A stretch of 62,418 bases of DNA, counting the filler, from Sphacelaria rigidula (lineage: Eukaryota): NCBI GenBank assembly GCA_964200075.2. It is 7 parts of 7 records of this genome, joined end to end, with 100 filler letters (N's around TTAATTAATTAA, not from the genome) between each part and the next. Parts side by side here need not be neighbours in the genome. Positions count along the whole stretch, not along the records: positions 44,659 to 53,488 come from CAXNAA020009998.1; positions 53,589 to 62,418 come from CAXNAA020009999.1; 5 more parts are not named here. One strand, given 5' to 3'. The position numbers and the translations under genes were made by a program. The notes beneath the pieces are model-generated. The model had not been told where the DNA came from, searched no databases, and was given only the letters and a program-made list of their open reading frames with translations. How positions within the stretch are numbered: position 1 is the stretch's first letter; each line of letters begins with the position of its first letter. Of this stretch, positions 50,901-62,392 are shown one piece after another.

Positions 50901-52694
50901 CTGCAACTAACTAAGCCCATTTTCTTCCCTTTTTGATGCCTCTAGCGCAACATGAAAAGATAGCGTCGTTATCTCATGTTTATCGGGCCTGCGTTGTCGT
51001 GGAGTAGAGAAGATGGTTAGCTTCGCTATTTCATGTCCATGTCCGGGTTGTGTTCTAGACGCACAAAGAAAGGATGATCTGTTTAGTTATTTCATGTCTC
51101 TATCCGGTCTTGTTCTGTCCATGAAAATGAAAAATGGTCAGCTTCGTTGTCCCACGTCTATCTCGGGGTCGTCTTCTGGGACTGCAATGAAAAAAGTGAT
51201 TGAGTTAATTATTTCATGTCTATATCAGGTCTGTGTTTCAATATGGGAAAACAAAATTGATTGAGTCCTGTCATATCTACTGTATCTGGTGGTCTGGGGG
51301 ATTTTTATTGTCTGACGTCGGTCTCTGGTGTATGTACGGTGACAGTGTGTACATTTCATGTCTGTGCTCTGGTGACTTGTTTTTACAAAGTCGTTTCCAC
51401 TCGACACAACTTTTCTTGAGTACGTCTATCATAAGACCACGGCTGGACCCCTGGAGGGTCAGTTGAAGTGCGACAATCGATCAGTCAAAAATCAGTCAAC
51501 CAACCGAGGTGTCTTGAGAGAAGAAGGGGCTGAGCATGACATCACACCTGGTCTGTTAAAGTCCTGTGGATCTGCAGGGTCCCAGCAGATCTACGGCGTG
51601 CTCGTAGAATATGAATACTGCATGTTTCCGCTACGGTCGCGAGTTCCTCTTGTATTTGTTTGGAGGTCAGCAATGTTAATGTATTCCTGTACTGAGCAAA
51701 TGGTGATTTTCGCCTGCTGACCACGAGAGCCTCAGACTAGGCGATTGATAATTGTAAATATCGAATCACATAGCTATTAGAGCGATCTTTATTGAGTGTA
51801 AACTCCTGTGGAACAGTCACGAGCTGAATGGTGTTCATTTTCATGAAAACTTATACATTCGTATTAACCGCAGATCCTTCCCAGGAAGGTGTTTCTGATG
51901 CTTGTTCACCCATATACATATATATTTGAACTCTCGAGAGAGCAAACTGCAATCTTAACGTGAAGCTACTACTATTGCTACAATGGTCAAATGATGATCA
52001 TGATAGCATGAATACTGCTATGTGAATAGTAACAATAGTATTGATTTATTACAGTGTCATAATTTTTTACCTGTTCTACGCATATCCACAATTTGCGTTA
52101 TGATGATACCAGTCGTGTGAAGCATAACATTAACACCAACAGCGATAATAGTAATGCCAGCAGCGATAAGAACAGAACTAACAGTGCTATAGCAGTAACC
52201 ATTCCACGTAAATTTATCCATGTATCATGATCATGATCACCATCGCCGGTGCTACCGATAAGAGAAGCACTCATCTTGATGATAAAAAACTAACCGTGAT
52301 AGAAATTGTAACAGCGATACTAACTGTAACGCGGTGCATACTCTCTCGTCTTCCGCGTAAAGCTAGTACTACATATTATTACCAATGTAAATGATAAACT
52401 CCCAGCAATACTGATGGTGATAACAGCAATACTATCAGATATCAACCATACTACTATTAGTGTAGTGCCATTCTCTCCGACCTGTTCTCGCCCGTCAAGG
52501 CCCAAAGCAGAGGCGCCATGCGCAGGCTCGTGCAACTCTTCAACTGTTTGTACCGTGGAGGCGTTGGCCGCATCGCCGTGCTTCTCCTCTTCTCCACCCG
52601 TGCCGTCGGTTCGCAGCTTTTTCAGGGGTGCTGCGCTGGACTGCGTGGCTCGGACAAAAGCGCACACGGCTATGACGGAATTCTCGAAAACGCG
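44975..52694 (-). CDS. Partial multi-exon gene of unknown function (candidate exons 52694-52482, 46525-46370, from 45377, from 45029)
   Basis: Open frames bounded by AG/GT sites with phase-0 starts: RVFENSVIAVCAF...DGREQ | DEISRKNG...LITEQ | VGRLQRELSPRDLQDFQERLMSDPENSLKSLRDFLLK | VEERWAALVTGG. No family recognised. Confidence 0.5.
46845..48085 (-). pseudogene. Ty1/Copia RT-RNase H remnant
   Basis: KARLVAKG...PGVDF, YFNAPL...LELPDG...AIYGFKQ, CDNPAA...RTKHVD...EQMANIFTK; frameshifted. Confidence 0.9.
48095..48213 (+). mobile_element. 5'-truncated copy of the SINE at 32988
   Basis: ctgtgttga..tcctcctgtgtga...gcgcccacata.accgaaaggtg.agactggt.cccag.ataaatgggacgacaacacaca is shared. Confidence 0.85.
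48441..50900 (-). mobile_element. Degenerate LINE (RT through 3' tail), interrupted by a piggyBac-type MITE
   Basis: ISEGQVGFGPNRSCVDHVF, FVDVQKAY, GVARGCTLSPTL, TRI|KRCILIKVIVPKP*YAQVWEG, LKVRFRVEDMDLP, AECELY; 3' tail as in 21260-22186. Confidence 0.85.
49438..49904. mobile_element. piggyBac-type non-autonomous element
   Basis: TTAA|CCCTTTGGGAAC ... GTACCAAAAGGG|TCAA. Removing it restores the LINE frame (TRIKRCIL). Confidence 0.8.
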
Positions 52695-52773
52695 CTGCAA
52701 CAAGCGTACAGTAGAGTGTTCGGTCGCGTAACGTGCATGAAGGGGAGGTGGGGCAGGGTGAGATACGTTTACT

Positions 52774-52952
52774 CATTCTTCCTGGTTGCGTCTGACCACG
52801 CTACGTTATTCGCCTATTTTTGGCACATTTTCAATCCATCTTCCCAAGGGACGGTACACTTTTCCCATTCTTCCTGGTTGCGTTTGACCACGCTACGTTA
52901 TTCGCTTATTCTTGGCACATTTTCAACCCAGCTTCCCACGGGACGGTACACG
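52774..52952. repeat. ~93-bp tandem duplication (partial third copy near 53052)
   Basis: cattcttcctggttgcgt.tgaccacgctacgttattcgc.tatt.ttggcacattttcaa.cca.cttccca.gggacggtacac occurs twice. Confidence 0.85.
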
Positions 52953-53488
52953 ACTTGCTTTTTTTGGTATCGAGATGGATCACCACTCTCGCTCCGCGTC
53001 GACTCTCGTCAACGCATCTCTTTTCTCGCCCATTACCCCTATTTAATTAGATTTGACCACGCTACATTATTCCTCCCCCCTCTCCTTTTCTTTTTCTTCT
53101 TCATTTTTGGCACACTTTCGACAACTTCCCTACCTCGAGACAGGTCCGTGGTTTCAAGCGATTATCGACCCATCTTGCCGAGGATACACGCCTTTATACG
53201 CTGGTGTCACAGATTGGAACAACATGGAATGCTCACTCTCACACCTCATCGACTCTCGTCAAAAAGTAAACTCTCTTTTGCTACTCACGTTCTCATGGTT
53301 CCAACGACGCAAATCAGATACTCCTCAGGACAAAATAAAACATATGCATCTGCCAAGACGCGAACCCACATTATTCCCACCTATTGTTTTTAGTCGCATC
53401 AGCAGACAATGGGGGGGGGGGGGGGGGGGGGGGGGGAACAAGAAAAAAAAAAAACCACCATGGACCGGACCCCAACCACCCCCCACTA

Positions 53489-53588
53489 NNNNNNNNNNNN
53501 NNNNNNNNNNNNNNNNNNNNNNNNNNNNNNNNTTAATTAATTAANNNNNNNNNNNNNNNNNNNNNNNNNNNNNNNNNNNNNNNNNNNN
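53489..53588. other. Artificial contig spacer
   Basis: N44-TTAATTAATTAA-N44. Confidence 0.97.
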
Positions 53589-54374
53589 GGGGAATGTGCC
53601 CATCTGATCAAAAGTTTGGGCCCACATTTTCTCGTTGATTAAACCTCATGTCTAGTAATTCCTATACATGACAGAGGTGGCTTCCATACTAAAATCTCAC
53701 CCCCGATCGATGCATTCAGCGGATGACGACGAATTTTGATGTGGACATTCTCTGGAGCAAGGGGAGACGATAGATACCCTCACCTTCACCTAACTCGTTA
53801 TCTATCCCGAGATATGGCGCACATAATTTTCCATACTAAAATCAATATATTACGAGCAGAGGCACTAGATGTCATTAATCTGGACATAGCGTCTCAATTT
53901 TTTAGGGTTGTTCGATAAAATTTCGTGTATTGGACCACAAGTGCATCATAAAATAAAATAAAACGGCTTGCTACCTTTTCTCATTTTTCTCATTTTTTTT
54001 CGTGTTTTTAGTGGAGTTTTGAGGGAAAATGAACGTTGCTCTCAGGCCTTATCGCACTGTTGTAGCTCAATTTCTAGAATTATGATTTGAAAATTAGCAT
54101 GGGATATCACAGAAGTGTGCCGAAAAACAAAAATGGGCCTTCATTTTTTATTTTTCATAGAGGTTCGGACGTTCTCGTGGAAAATTGGTCCTGACCATAG
54201 TAGAACGCCCTGAACCAGTGAATAAACATGAAAAAAAAATCAACCTAACCCACTTTTTTATTAATTATGCCTTAGAGAGCGCCCACACCAAATTTCAACA
54301 CACGAAAACCAAACGTGGGCCAATGAGTGGTCTGCGAAATACTGTTCCGAATTTCTACCGACCCGGTTTTCGAT

Positions 54375-54646
54375 AGGCCCATGCTATATAATACATTCAG
54401 AGTTGGGCACTGAAATTTGGTATGGACAGTGCATAGGGCATAAGAAGAAAATTAATGAAGTATCAAAAGTTTTTTTTTCATGAGTTAAGGGCAATAATCG
54501 GTTTTCAGGTATCACCAAACTGCCCTTAACTCATAAAAGAAATAAAAAATAACTTTTTTCATTTCAGTAATTTTTTTTCATGCCCTATGCACTGTCCGTA
54601 CCAAATTTCAGGGCCCAACTCTAAATGTATAAAAGAGCATGGGCCT
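54375..54646. mobile_element. Foldback MITE with ~120-bp arms
   Basis: aggcccatgct...tacatt.agagttgggc.ctgaaatttggta.ggacagtgcatagggcat...atgagttaagggca is inverted against tgcccttaactcat...atgccctatgcactgtcc...agcatgggcct. Confidence 0.85.
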
Positions 54647-56577
54647 GCAAACTTCAAATCCGCCTCCAGGCTGGCCCAGCTTGTACAACATTCCATACTA
54701 CAGGCCCCAGGCGTGTAGATCCATCCACCGCAGGGCTTCGCACACAAAGGAAAAAAAATAATGACGTAGTTGTGCTATGTCTGGATTGTCGAATTGCCCT
54801 ATAAGTGGGACAAGTTACACCACTGGTATATCACGATCATCCATCAAAAACCGCGAAAGAAGTAAACACACATATGACCAACTCGGTCACGAAATGAAAA
54901 CACTCCACATCTCATAACTCCTTCGTAGATCAACAACAGGAAATAAACCTTCACTACTGGGCGCTCTGGAGCGCCATACGAACCACTACTGGATCTTGCC
55001 CACGACATTCGGGACAGATCAAAAGTACAAATAGAAGCACAAGGATGACTATTTTGTACCCTGTACACAAGAGGCGTGATATGATCATGCACGATCACGA
55101 CCATCACCTCATGAAGGAAAACAACAAAAAGCACGGCTTCTAGTGGCCAAATTACATCCTCAACGACGGGCAGTCTGTGCTTTCGTCCTAGGATGTGTTC
55201 GACTGGGTATTTCTTATGTTCGGGTATCTTCATAAACCGTACTCAAGGCCCAAACTCGGGTAGAGTATCGAGATCGTGGTCAACAGTTCCCTGATAATTG
55301 GGTAGAGTTTGGAGATCGGACCATCGCGACACAAATTCTTCGGGGGGAAACATACCCGGGTGTTTACCCTACCCAACACATCTTCGATACAAACGTCAAA
55401 AGTCATACGGGCAACCACCAATAAAACTGTCGACGACATTGAAAAGTTGTTAGTTCATCAACGTACAGAAGCAGGAATGACTTGTTTTACCCCATGCAAA
55501 CACACAATGAGTCGGTGATGTGATAAAAACACGCGTTACCACGATCATAACGAGGAAAGGACAACCATGTTTCCTGATGCAGACTTGAAGCCAACAATTC
55601 CTTCCCGCTGGGCACCACGCCGAATGAGCTTTACAGCTGATAAACCTGATCGACAATATCGACAACTTCTCAAATCATTGAGAACAGCAGAAGAAATAAA
55701 CTCTTCCGCACCCTCAAAACTCGAAAGCGCCAACATGCGTGATGATGCACAAAGCGAATAGCCCGCCACCCAACATGGAGATCAGCCCAAACTCCTCACC
55801 CGTCGAGCCCGCGGCCGTTTAAAACGAGCGGCATGGCGGACGAACTACTTCGCTGTCCATCATGACAAAATATTTTTACTGGACACTCATGAAACGACGT
55901 TTCCAACACGACGATAATGGGGGATGAAATTTACACATTTTAACCAAACCCAAAGGACCAAGCGCGCGCAAAATGAACCCCTATGCGACGACAGCCTTAC
56001 ACACGCGTGTATCCAACAAAACTATGGAGAACACATTACCGACCGGACAGAATTGTTACACAACTGCGGTACAACAGCAAGACGAAAGCACTTCGGGTGA
56101 CTAAACGAAAATAGGCACACGATACGTCTACAGTAAAATATTTTGAATCATCGACTGACCGCAACGCTTTTGTAAAGTTTATAGCTACGAGTGAAATGCT
56201 GTGGGTATCTTCCGTCTAGTTCAATACGTAGTCGCACAGGGAACCAAACCAAACTTAGATGGGGCGGTAACCATGCACGATACCAAACCCCAAACCCTCC
56301 CCCGCTCTGGATGCCTTCTTTCCCCTGACCACCCCGGTGTATGCTACAGTGCATCTGCAGCTTGTCAATTGAACCCCTCCACGTTTCAAGCACATGGGCG
56401 TTGAATAGTTGCGGGGGACGGCCCAGCTCCTAATTTTCAGTTGGGGTCAAGTCCCTCAGGCGCAGGCTGTTCTCACGTCGCACTTCTATGAAACTTCACT
56501 GAGTGTGGTACCACCATAATTTTTCAATCCTTTTTTCACTTGGTGTGTCTTCTCCGGAAGCACAACGTGCTATATAC

Positions 56578-57795
56578 TTATACGCCATCATCACGGTGTG
56601 CGTTCGGATGCACGGGGCACTGCCAGCCTTCGTCGTCCCCGGGACACCCGTTCAGCCTCGCCCACTCCAGCACGTCCAGGTGTCCATTCTGGGCGGCGGC
56701 GAAACACGTTTCGTGGTGCCACGGGCACCCGTTAGCCCGCGCCCACCGTAGGATATTGAGATGCCCGCCCCATGCCGCCCATCGAGTGACATCCTCGTTC
56801 CACTCGCAACCGTTCGCCCGTGCCCACTTGAGCACCTCCAGGTTACCACCCCACGCTGCTTCGATGCAAGTGCTGGTCGACCACTCGCACCCGTTCTCGC
56901 GCGCCCATCGGAGCACCCCAAGGTGACCTTGACGTGCGGCGCCGCTGCAAACATGCGGGTCCCACGGGCAGCCGCGTTCACGAGCCCATTGCAGGACCTC
57001 GAGGTGTCCACTCGTGGCCGACCAGATGCAGGTGGCCTCGTCCCAAGGACACCCGTTCTCCCGGCACCACCGCAGGATGTCGAAATGTCCGTTCCTTGCA
57101 GCACCACTGCAAGTATCTGTACTCCAGGCGCAGCCTTGACTCCGCGCGTACTGCAGGATTTCGAGATGTCCGCCGCTGGCGGCTGATCTGCACGTGTTCT
57201 GGTCCCAGCAGGCGCCGTTCTCGTGCGCCCACTGCAGAACTTCGAGGTGTCCTCGCTTCGCCGATTCGCTGCACGTGCGCGCATTCCACGGGCAACGCTG
57301 CGCGCGCGCCCACTGCAGGATTTCAAGGTGTCCCTCGCGAGCAGCTCCACTGCACACGTACACATCCAAGGCACACCCCTCGTCGCGCGCGTACCGGAGA
57401 ACTTCAAGCTCCCCCGACTCGGCGGCCGCCGACGCTGTGTCCCGACCCCAGCCGCACCCATGGGAACGCGCGCACTGGAGGAGCTTCACGTTGCCGAGGC
57501 GCGCTACGGCCGTGCATACGCCAACAGAACGTCTTAGGCCGCACGCGAAACTGTACTCGAGTTGGGATACGGTGGAGTGGGCGGTGACGGCCCTCGTGTA
57601 CTTCGGGCGGTTCGTCGCCCAGGCGTCACGCCACTCCCTCGACACGAGCGCAAAGAACAGGTATTCTTCGTCGTGCACAACTTTGGCGAGCGTGCGGATG
57701 ATGTCTACGTCGCTCACGAGCGGATTGTCTGTGCATCGCTGCTCGACCCCCGTCGCACGTGGTGCCGTTTGTTTGCTGCCGCCCTGCATGTGCAT
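56578..57795 (-). CDS. Intronless F-box-like + ankyrin-like repeat protein (405 aa, 11 x 27-aa repeats)
   Basis: ATG in gccaccATG context. N-terminal DIIRTLAKVV..EYLFFALVSREWRDAW, then repeats xxxCxxAAxxGHLEVLQWARxNGCPWD. Confidence 0.9.
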   Translation of the reverse strand: MHMQGGSKQTAPRATGVEQRCTDNPLVSDVDIIRTLAKVVHDEEYLFFALVSREWRDAWATNRPKYTRAVTAHSTVSQLEYSFACGLRRSVGVCTAVARLGNVKLLQCARSHGCGWGRDTASAAAESGELEVLRYARDEGCALDVYVCSGAAREGHLEILQWARAQRCPWNARTCSESAKRGHLEVLQWAHENGACWDQNTCRSAASGGHLEILQYARSQGCAWSTDTCSGAARNGHFDILRWCRENGCPWDEATCIWSATSGHLEVLQWARERGCPWDPHVCSGAARQGHLGVLRWARENGCEWSTSTCIEAAWGGNLEVLKWARANGCEWNEDVTRWAAWGGHLNILRWARANGCPWHHETCFAAAQNGHLDVLEWARLNGCPGDDEGWQCPVHPNAHRDDGV

Positions 57796-59981
57796 GGTGG
57801 CCCGTTCAAAGAAAGAAAAGTCTGCTGTCACGAACGAAAGTACTGTAGGCCGCGCCGATGATATTCATCCGGCAAGTACGTGGTGCATGACCGGTCGTCC
57901 TGGAGGTTGACGGAAAACGGTAAAGTCGTGTGTGCACGTAGTGCAGAAGGGGGAAGACAGCATGAATCAATGCAATGTTCCTATATCATTCCCTGTATCC
58001 TCGATGTTGTGTTTCGCAGAGAGAGAGCGTGGCAACGGGGAGGTTATTCAGTATACGCTTACGGTTAGCGTCAAGGTAGGACTGAGCCCCTCGACCGCGC
58101 ATGCAATGTCACACAAAAACGATTCAAGACGCACGAATGGACGATGTTCACCGACGGGTGAGTGAAGCCGCTTCTACTGGTATCGGATCCATCATACCAT
58201 TCAAACTCCACTCTCTTCAGTGGTAACGTTGCTTCTCAACCAGTTGAACGAGGGGTCACGTGGAGATCTGCCAAAAAGAAACAAAAAACACATATCACAC
58301 GGCTTCGTGAACACACAACAAGGATACAAAGGCTTCTCCAGTCAAAATTCTAGTTTTCTTTTTTCAATCAAGGTGAGTGATATTTACCCAGTACTGTCTC
58401 CTGGTAAAACGGTCGCTGACCACCCCCTACAGGACAAGGAATGAATATGAGAGTAGNNNNNNNNNNCCCCCCCCCCCCCCCGCACTACCCCCAACCAGCC
58501 CCCAAGCTCGTGGACGTGGATGTACTCCAGACTGACAGGTCACAACATGACTGTCTTGAGCTTCGGGTGCCTGGTTCAAAGGATAGCGAGAGGGCGATGT
58601 AAACACTCGGGATGAATTTGATCCGTCCAGAAAAAAAACATTAAGAAAGGGATTTCTCAGATACGTTGATCATGAAAGAAAAACGAAAAAAATGATCGCA
58701 GATCAGAGACGAAACTGCAACTTATTTCTGCGCTACTTTTTGCGCCGTCCATAATCAGCAGCACTGTAGGGAGCCAAGTTGGAAATAAAGTCGATTGAGA
58801 CGTGTGCCACGCGTAAATCGTTTTCACTTTGGCGTGGCGAAACGGCGATCCGTCCGACGTGTTTGTTCGTGGCCAGGCAGCATCAAAACCAGAGGAAAAT
58901 ATAGCACACAAATGCACACGCGTAAAAATACGAGTTAATAAAAGTAAATGTTTTTGGACGCATGAATCAATATCATTCCATGTGTTATGTTGCTACAGTA
59001 GTGCAAGTGATTTGTGCGGGATTCTATGGCATTACTCAACAAAATTAATCAGAAAAAAAAAATCGGGTTCCCCAACCACTGTTCCATTAGGATTTTCATT
59101 TTCTCTCAGAAAATCATGGCAAAAACTTCGGGTGAAGCACGTCCTGCTGCTCCAGAACCACGTTTCTGGTTCGCAACATGCGGCGCGACCACTTTTATAC
59201 TGGGTTCAGAATGCTGTGAAAAGCCCCGAACTCCGAGTTCTGGAGTGTTACACGCCGGATCTACAGCAGCACCACAGGACAACCGACCTATATGCCCGAA
59301 GATACTGCAGATGGAGCAGTATGGGCGCATACCCTCAGGGCAGTGTCGCAACAGACCGTTGACAGACTTGGTCCGCAGTGAAAGTTTTTGAGGTTGTGAC
59401 CAAAAAAAAGCGGCGAAACAGCAGTCATCCACACACCAGAAGGGTATGGAAATCATCGGTGCACACGATTGCGGGGTTCGTACATACAACTTCAAGGGCT
59501 AAATATGCTATGCAGGTGTCCAAGGGGCGTACTACGGCCTTTCATATCCGAGAGAGGGTTCAAAACCCATACTTTCAGGTTTCAAATGTGCCTACCACGT
59601 AGGGTCCCGGTGTGACCCCCGCATGCACCCAGTTGTACGTAAGGGTACCGACCAACGTGTATCCGCGGCCAATCAGGGGTAATATCGACTGATACACTGC
59701 TGGTAAGTACGTGCGCTGAGTTTGTACTCCAACGAGCGCCAGGGAAACTGTGGTTATCCTAGAATCGATCCGAATATAATGTTTTCTAGTAATACGTGTG
59801 CGTTTTTACACCCGGTGACGTCAGTACTGCACAGGTGGCCTCGAGACTCGAGACAAAAAGACCGCCTGGAATATAATCTGTAGAACAATACCCTGTAGTT
59901 CGTTTCAAACGCAATAATTGAGAGAGCTATGCCACATTTCCGAGGGCGGCATTGTGCATGAAGAATACAGCAGCGGAATTC

Positions 59982-61527
59982 CAAGGGTAGGTCGAGTAGA
60001 GTATACTCAATACTCAGTATTTCTGAAGAGTCATACTTCTAGTACTCGAAGTTTGAGTAGAGTATTTGAGATCATACTCAGTCTACTCGAAATTTGAGTA
60101 GAGCATTGAGGTCATACTCACGTGATACTTTATTCTCATGTATTACTGAGAGTGCTTACTCAATATTCGAGTAGAGTATTCGAGGTCGTACTCGATCTAC
60201 TGAAAATTTGAGTCGAGTATTGGAGGCCGTACTCAACGTACTAAAAACTTGAGTAGAGTGTTTGAAACCATACTCAACCTACTTGAAATTTGAGTAGGGT
60301 ATTTGAGGCCGTACTCGACCTACTCAAAATTCGAGTAGAGTGTCGCAGGCCGGGTCCGATGTACCGAAGACCTATAACTTCAACGTCTTCCTTCCTCTGG
60401 CGACTGGCGACTGTTGCGATGTTTCCCCGTCTCGCACTGTTTCCACCGCTGCCTCTCCCATGAAGGAGTCACGTATGTGGCCAGTAGAGTCACTCATTTT
60501 TTATGGTCATCATTCGCTCATACTCCTTGTTGCCTGTGATGTAACGCCGCCCATCTAACTGATGGCCATCGTTCGCCCATGCATTCAACACAGTCTGTGA
60601 GGCGACGTCACGAAGTCGCCGACGTCAGGGGTACTCACCATACCCAAGGGTACTGGATACTCAAGTATTACTTAGAGTGCTTCCTCAATATTTGAGTAGA
60701 GTATTTGAGGTCGTACTCGATCTCCTCAAATTTGACTAGAGTATTTGAGGCCGTACTCGACGTAACACGGGATCTTACAAATTGGGGATGGATCTTTCGG
60801 GGGGGATGAGAAACCCAGAGAATTAAAATCTTCGTATCCACACAAAATTTTCGAAATTTGGTTCCATTTCTTCACCTACTGATAGCTTCTGACAACTGCT
60901 ACACGCCGTAGAGATTTGGATTTCGATCACCGAAATGTTGGGGTCCTAGGGGAAAAACCAATTTTGGGGAATTTCAGGTGTCCGAACGGACGCCAAAATG
61001 GTTCCGAAATCAGTTTTTCACATAAGGCCCCAACATTTCGGTGATCGAAATCCAAAGCTCTATGGCGTGCAGCAGTTGTCTATAGCTATCAGTAGGTGAA
61101 GAAATTGAACCATATTTCGAAAATTTGGTGAAGATACGAAAATTTTAATTCTCCGGGTTTTTCATCGCCAAAAAAGATCCATCCCCGATTTGTAAGATCC
61201 CGTGTTACGTACTCAAATTTTGAGTGGAGTATTTGAGATCATACTCAACGCACTCAAAATTTGAGTAGAGTATTTGAGACCATACTCAACGTACTCAAAA
61301 TTTGAGTAGAGTATTGAGGTCATTCTCAAGTGATCATCTATGCTCGAGTTTTACTGAGAGTGCTTACTCAATATTTGAGTTGAGTATTTGAGGTCGTACT
61401 CGATGTACTCAAACGTCGAGTAGAGTATTTGAGGCCGTACTCGACCTACTCAAACGTCGAGTAGAGAGAATACTTGAGTATGTTACTCGAGTACTCAAAA
61501 GTACATACTCTGCTCGACCTACCCTTG
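59982..61527. mobile_element. Non-autonomous TIR transposon (hAT/P-like ends) with arrays of palindromic ~38-bp repeats
   Basis: TIR caagggtaggtcgagtagagtat / atactctgctcgacctacccttg. Flanks cggaattc / cagaatgc (6/8 match, eroded 8-bp TSD). Repeat unit tactcaaaatttgagtagagtatttgaggccgtactcgac. Confidence 0.8.
60764..61206. mobile_element. Nested foldback MITE (family B) with ~200-bp arms
   Basis: acgt|aacacgggatcttacaaat ... atttgtaagatcccgtgtt|acgt. Excision restores the host unit gtactcgacgtactcaaa. Confidence 0.9.
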
Positions 61528-62230
61528 CAGAATGCCCCCCCCTTCCTGGTGGCCAATGGTCACACGACTAAGGCAAGCAACAAATAAGTACGCCCCCTTT
61601 CTAATACTGATATAGCGTGCATTTTGTCTCTAGGTTCAAGCCTGAGTATGTCTGAGAGCATCTCATCATAATTCTGGTAAGAAAATCACCGAAAATGGCA
61701 ACACGTTGGGGACTCCATCTCTGTGCAGTACCTTTCATAGACATGCCCTACAGCAGTTGTTCGGTGTTCAATCTCGCCCTACAGCAGTAGCACTGGGGTG
61801 TTGAAAGATATCCGCTGTAACAACTTTCTCCGAGTGTGGTTTTGGACCGTAGCCGTCCCCCCCTAAAAACGCATCGATTTGACGGTTTCAAACACAAGAA
61901 CGATTTTATAGCAATTTTTTCATCCGTCTGACCATTACATAATGAAGTGAAACATACAACATTTATGGTTGATGGTTACTAAACCATCTTCTATGGCAGT
62001 CTCCAATCTCGATTTTTTCGAGCATCGTGAGAGAAAAAATCGGGGTCTCACAATTTCCGAAAGATTTCCCCCGATTTTTTCGGAAAATGAGGGGAAATCG
62101 TTCTGAGATCGTGACACCCCGATTTTGAGGAGGTGACGTACGCGCATTGGCGTATAATGGTAGGGTAAGACTGGGTTTGATATTTTTGCAACTGCAGCAG
62201 CAGACAGTCTCGTGACAACGCAGGGCTTGC

Positions 62231-62392
62231 CTGCCCACGCCAGCTAACACTATATTCGTGAGAATCAGAGTGTAACATCGGATTCAGAGTGAGACCCGAA
62301 ACAAGTGACTTTATTGTCGATTTTGACATCGCCACAGTTCGAGGAGTAATGCGCCCAGCTGGTGGAGCGATGGCTTCAATGAAAGCTGTCAC
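62231..62392 (-). CDS. Possible isolated coding exon
   Basis: gtgtag|GTG...GGGCAG|gcaagc open frame (VTAFIEAIAPPAGRITPRTVAMSKSTIKSLVSGL...). Requires a GC donor. Confidence 0.25.

Noticed and set aside
19230-57795. Functional cluster of LSm4, transporter, PhoD-like and ankyrin genes
   Set aside because: The genes are on different size-sorted contigs, so adjacency is artificial.
56540-57910. Several overlapping long ORFs on both strands
   Set aside because: Antisense or alternative-frame shadows of the GC-rich ankyrin-repeat gene.
60000-61500. CRISPR-like array of palindromic ~38-bp repeats
   Set aside because: Units are contiguous with no unique spacers, there are no cas genes, the context is eukaryotic, and the array is bounded by TIRs.
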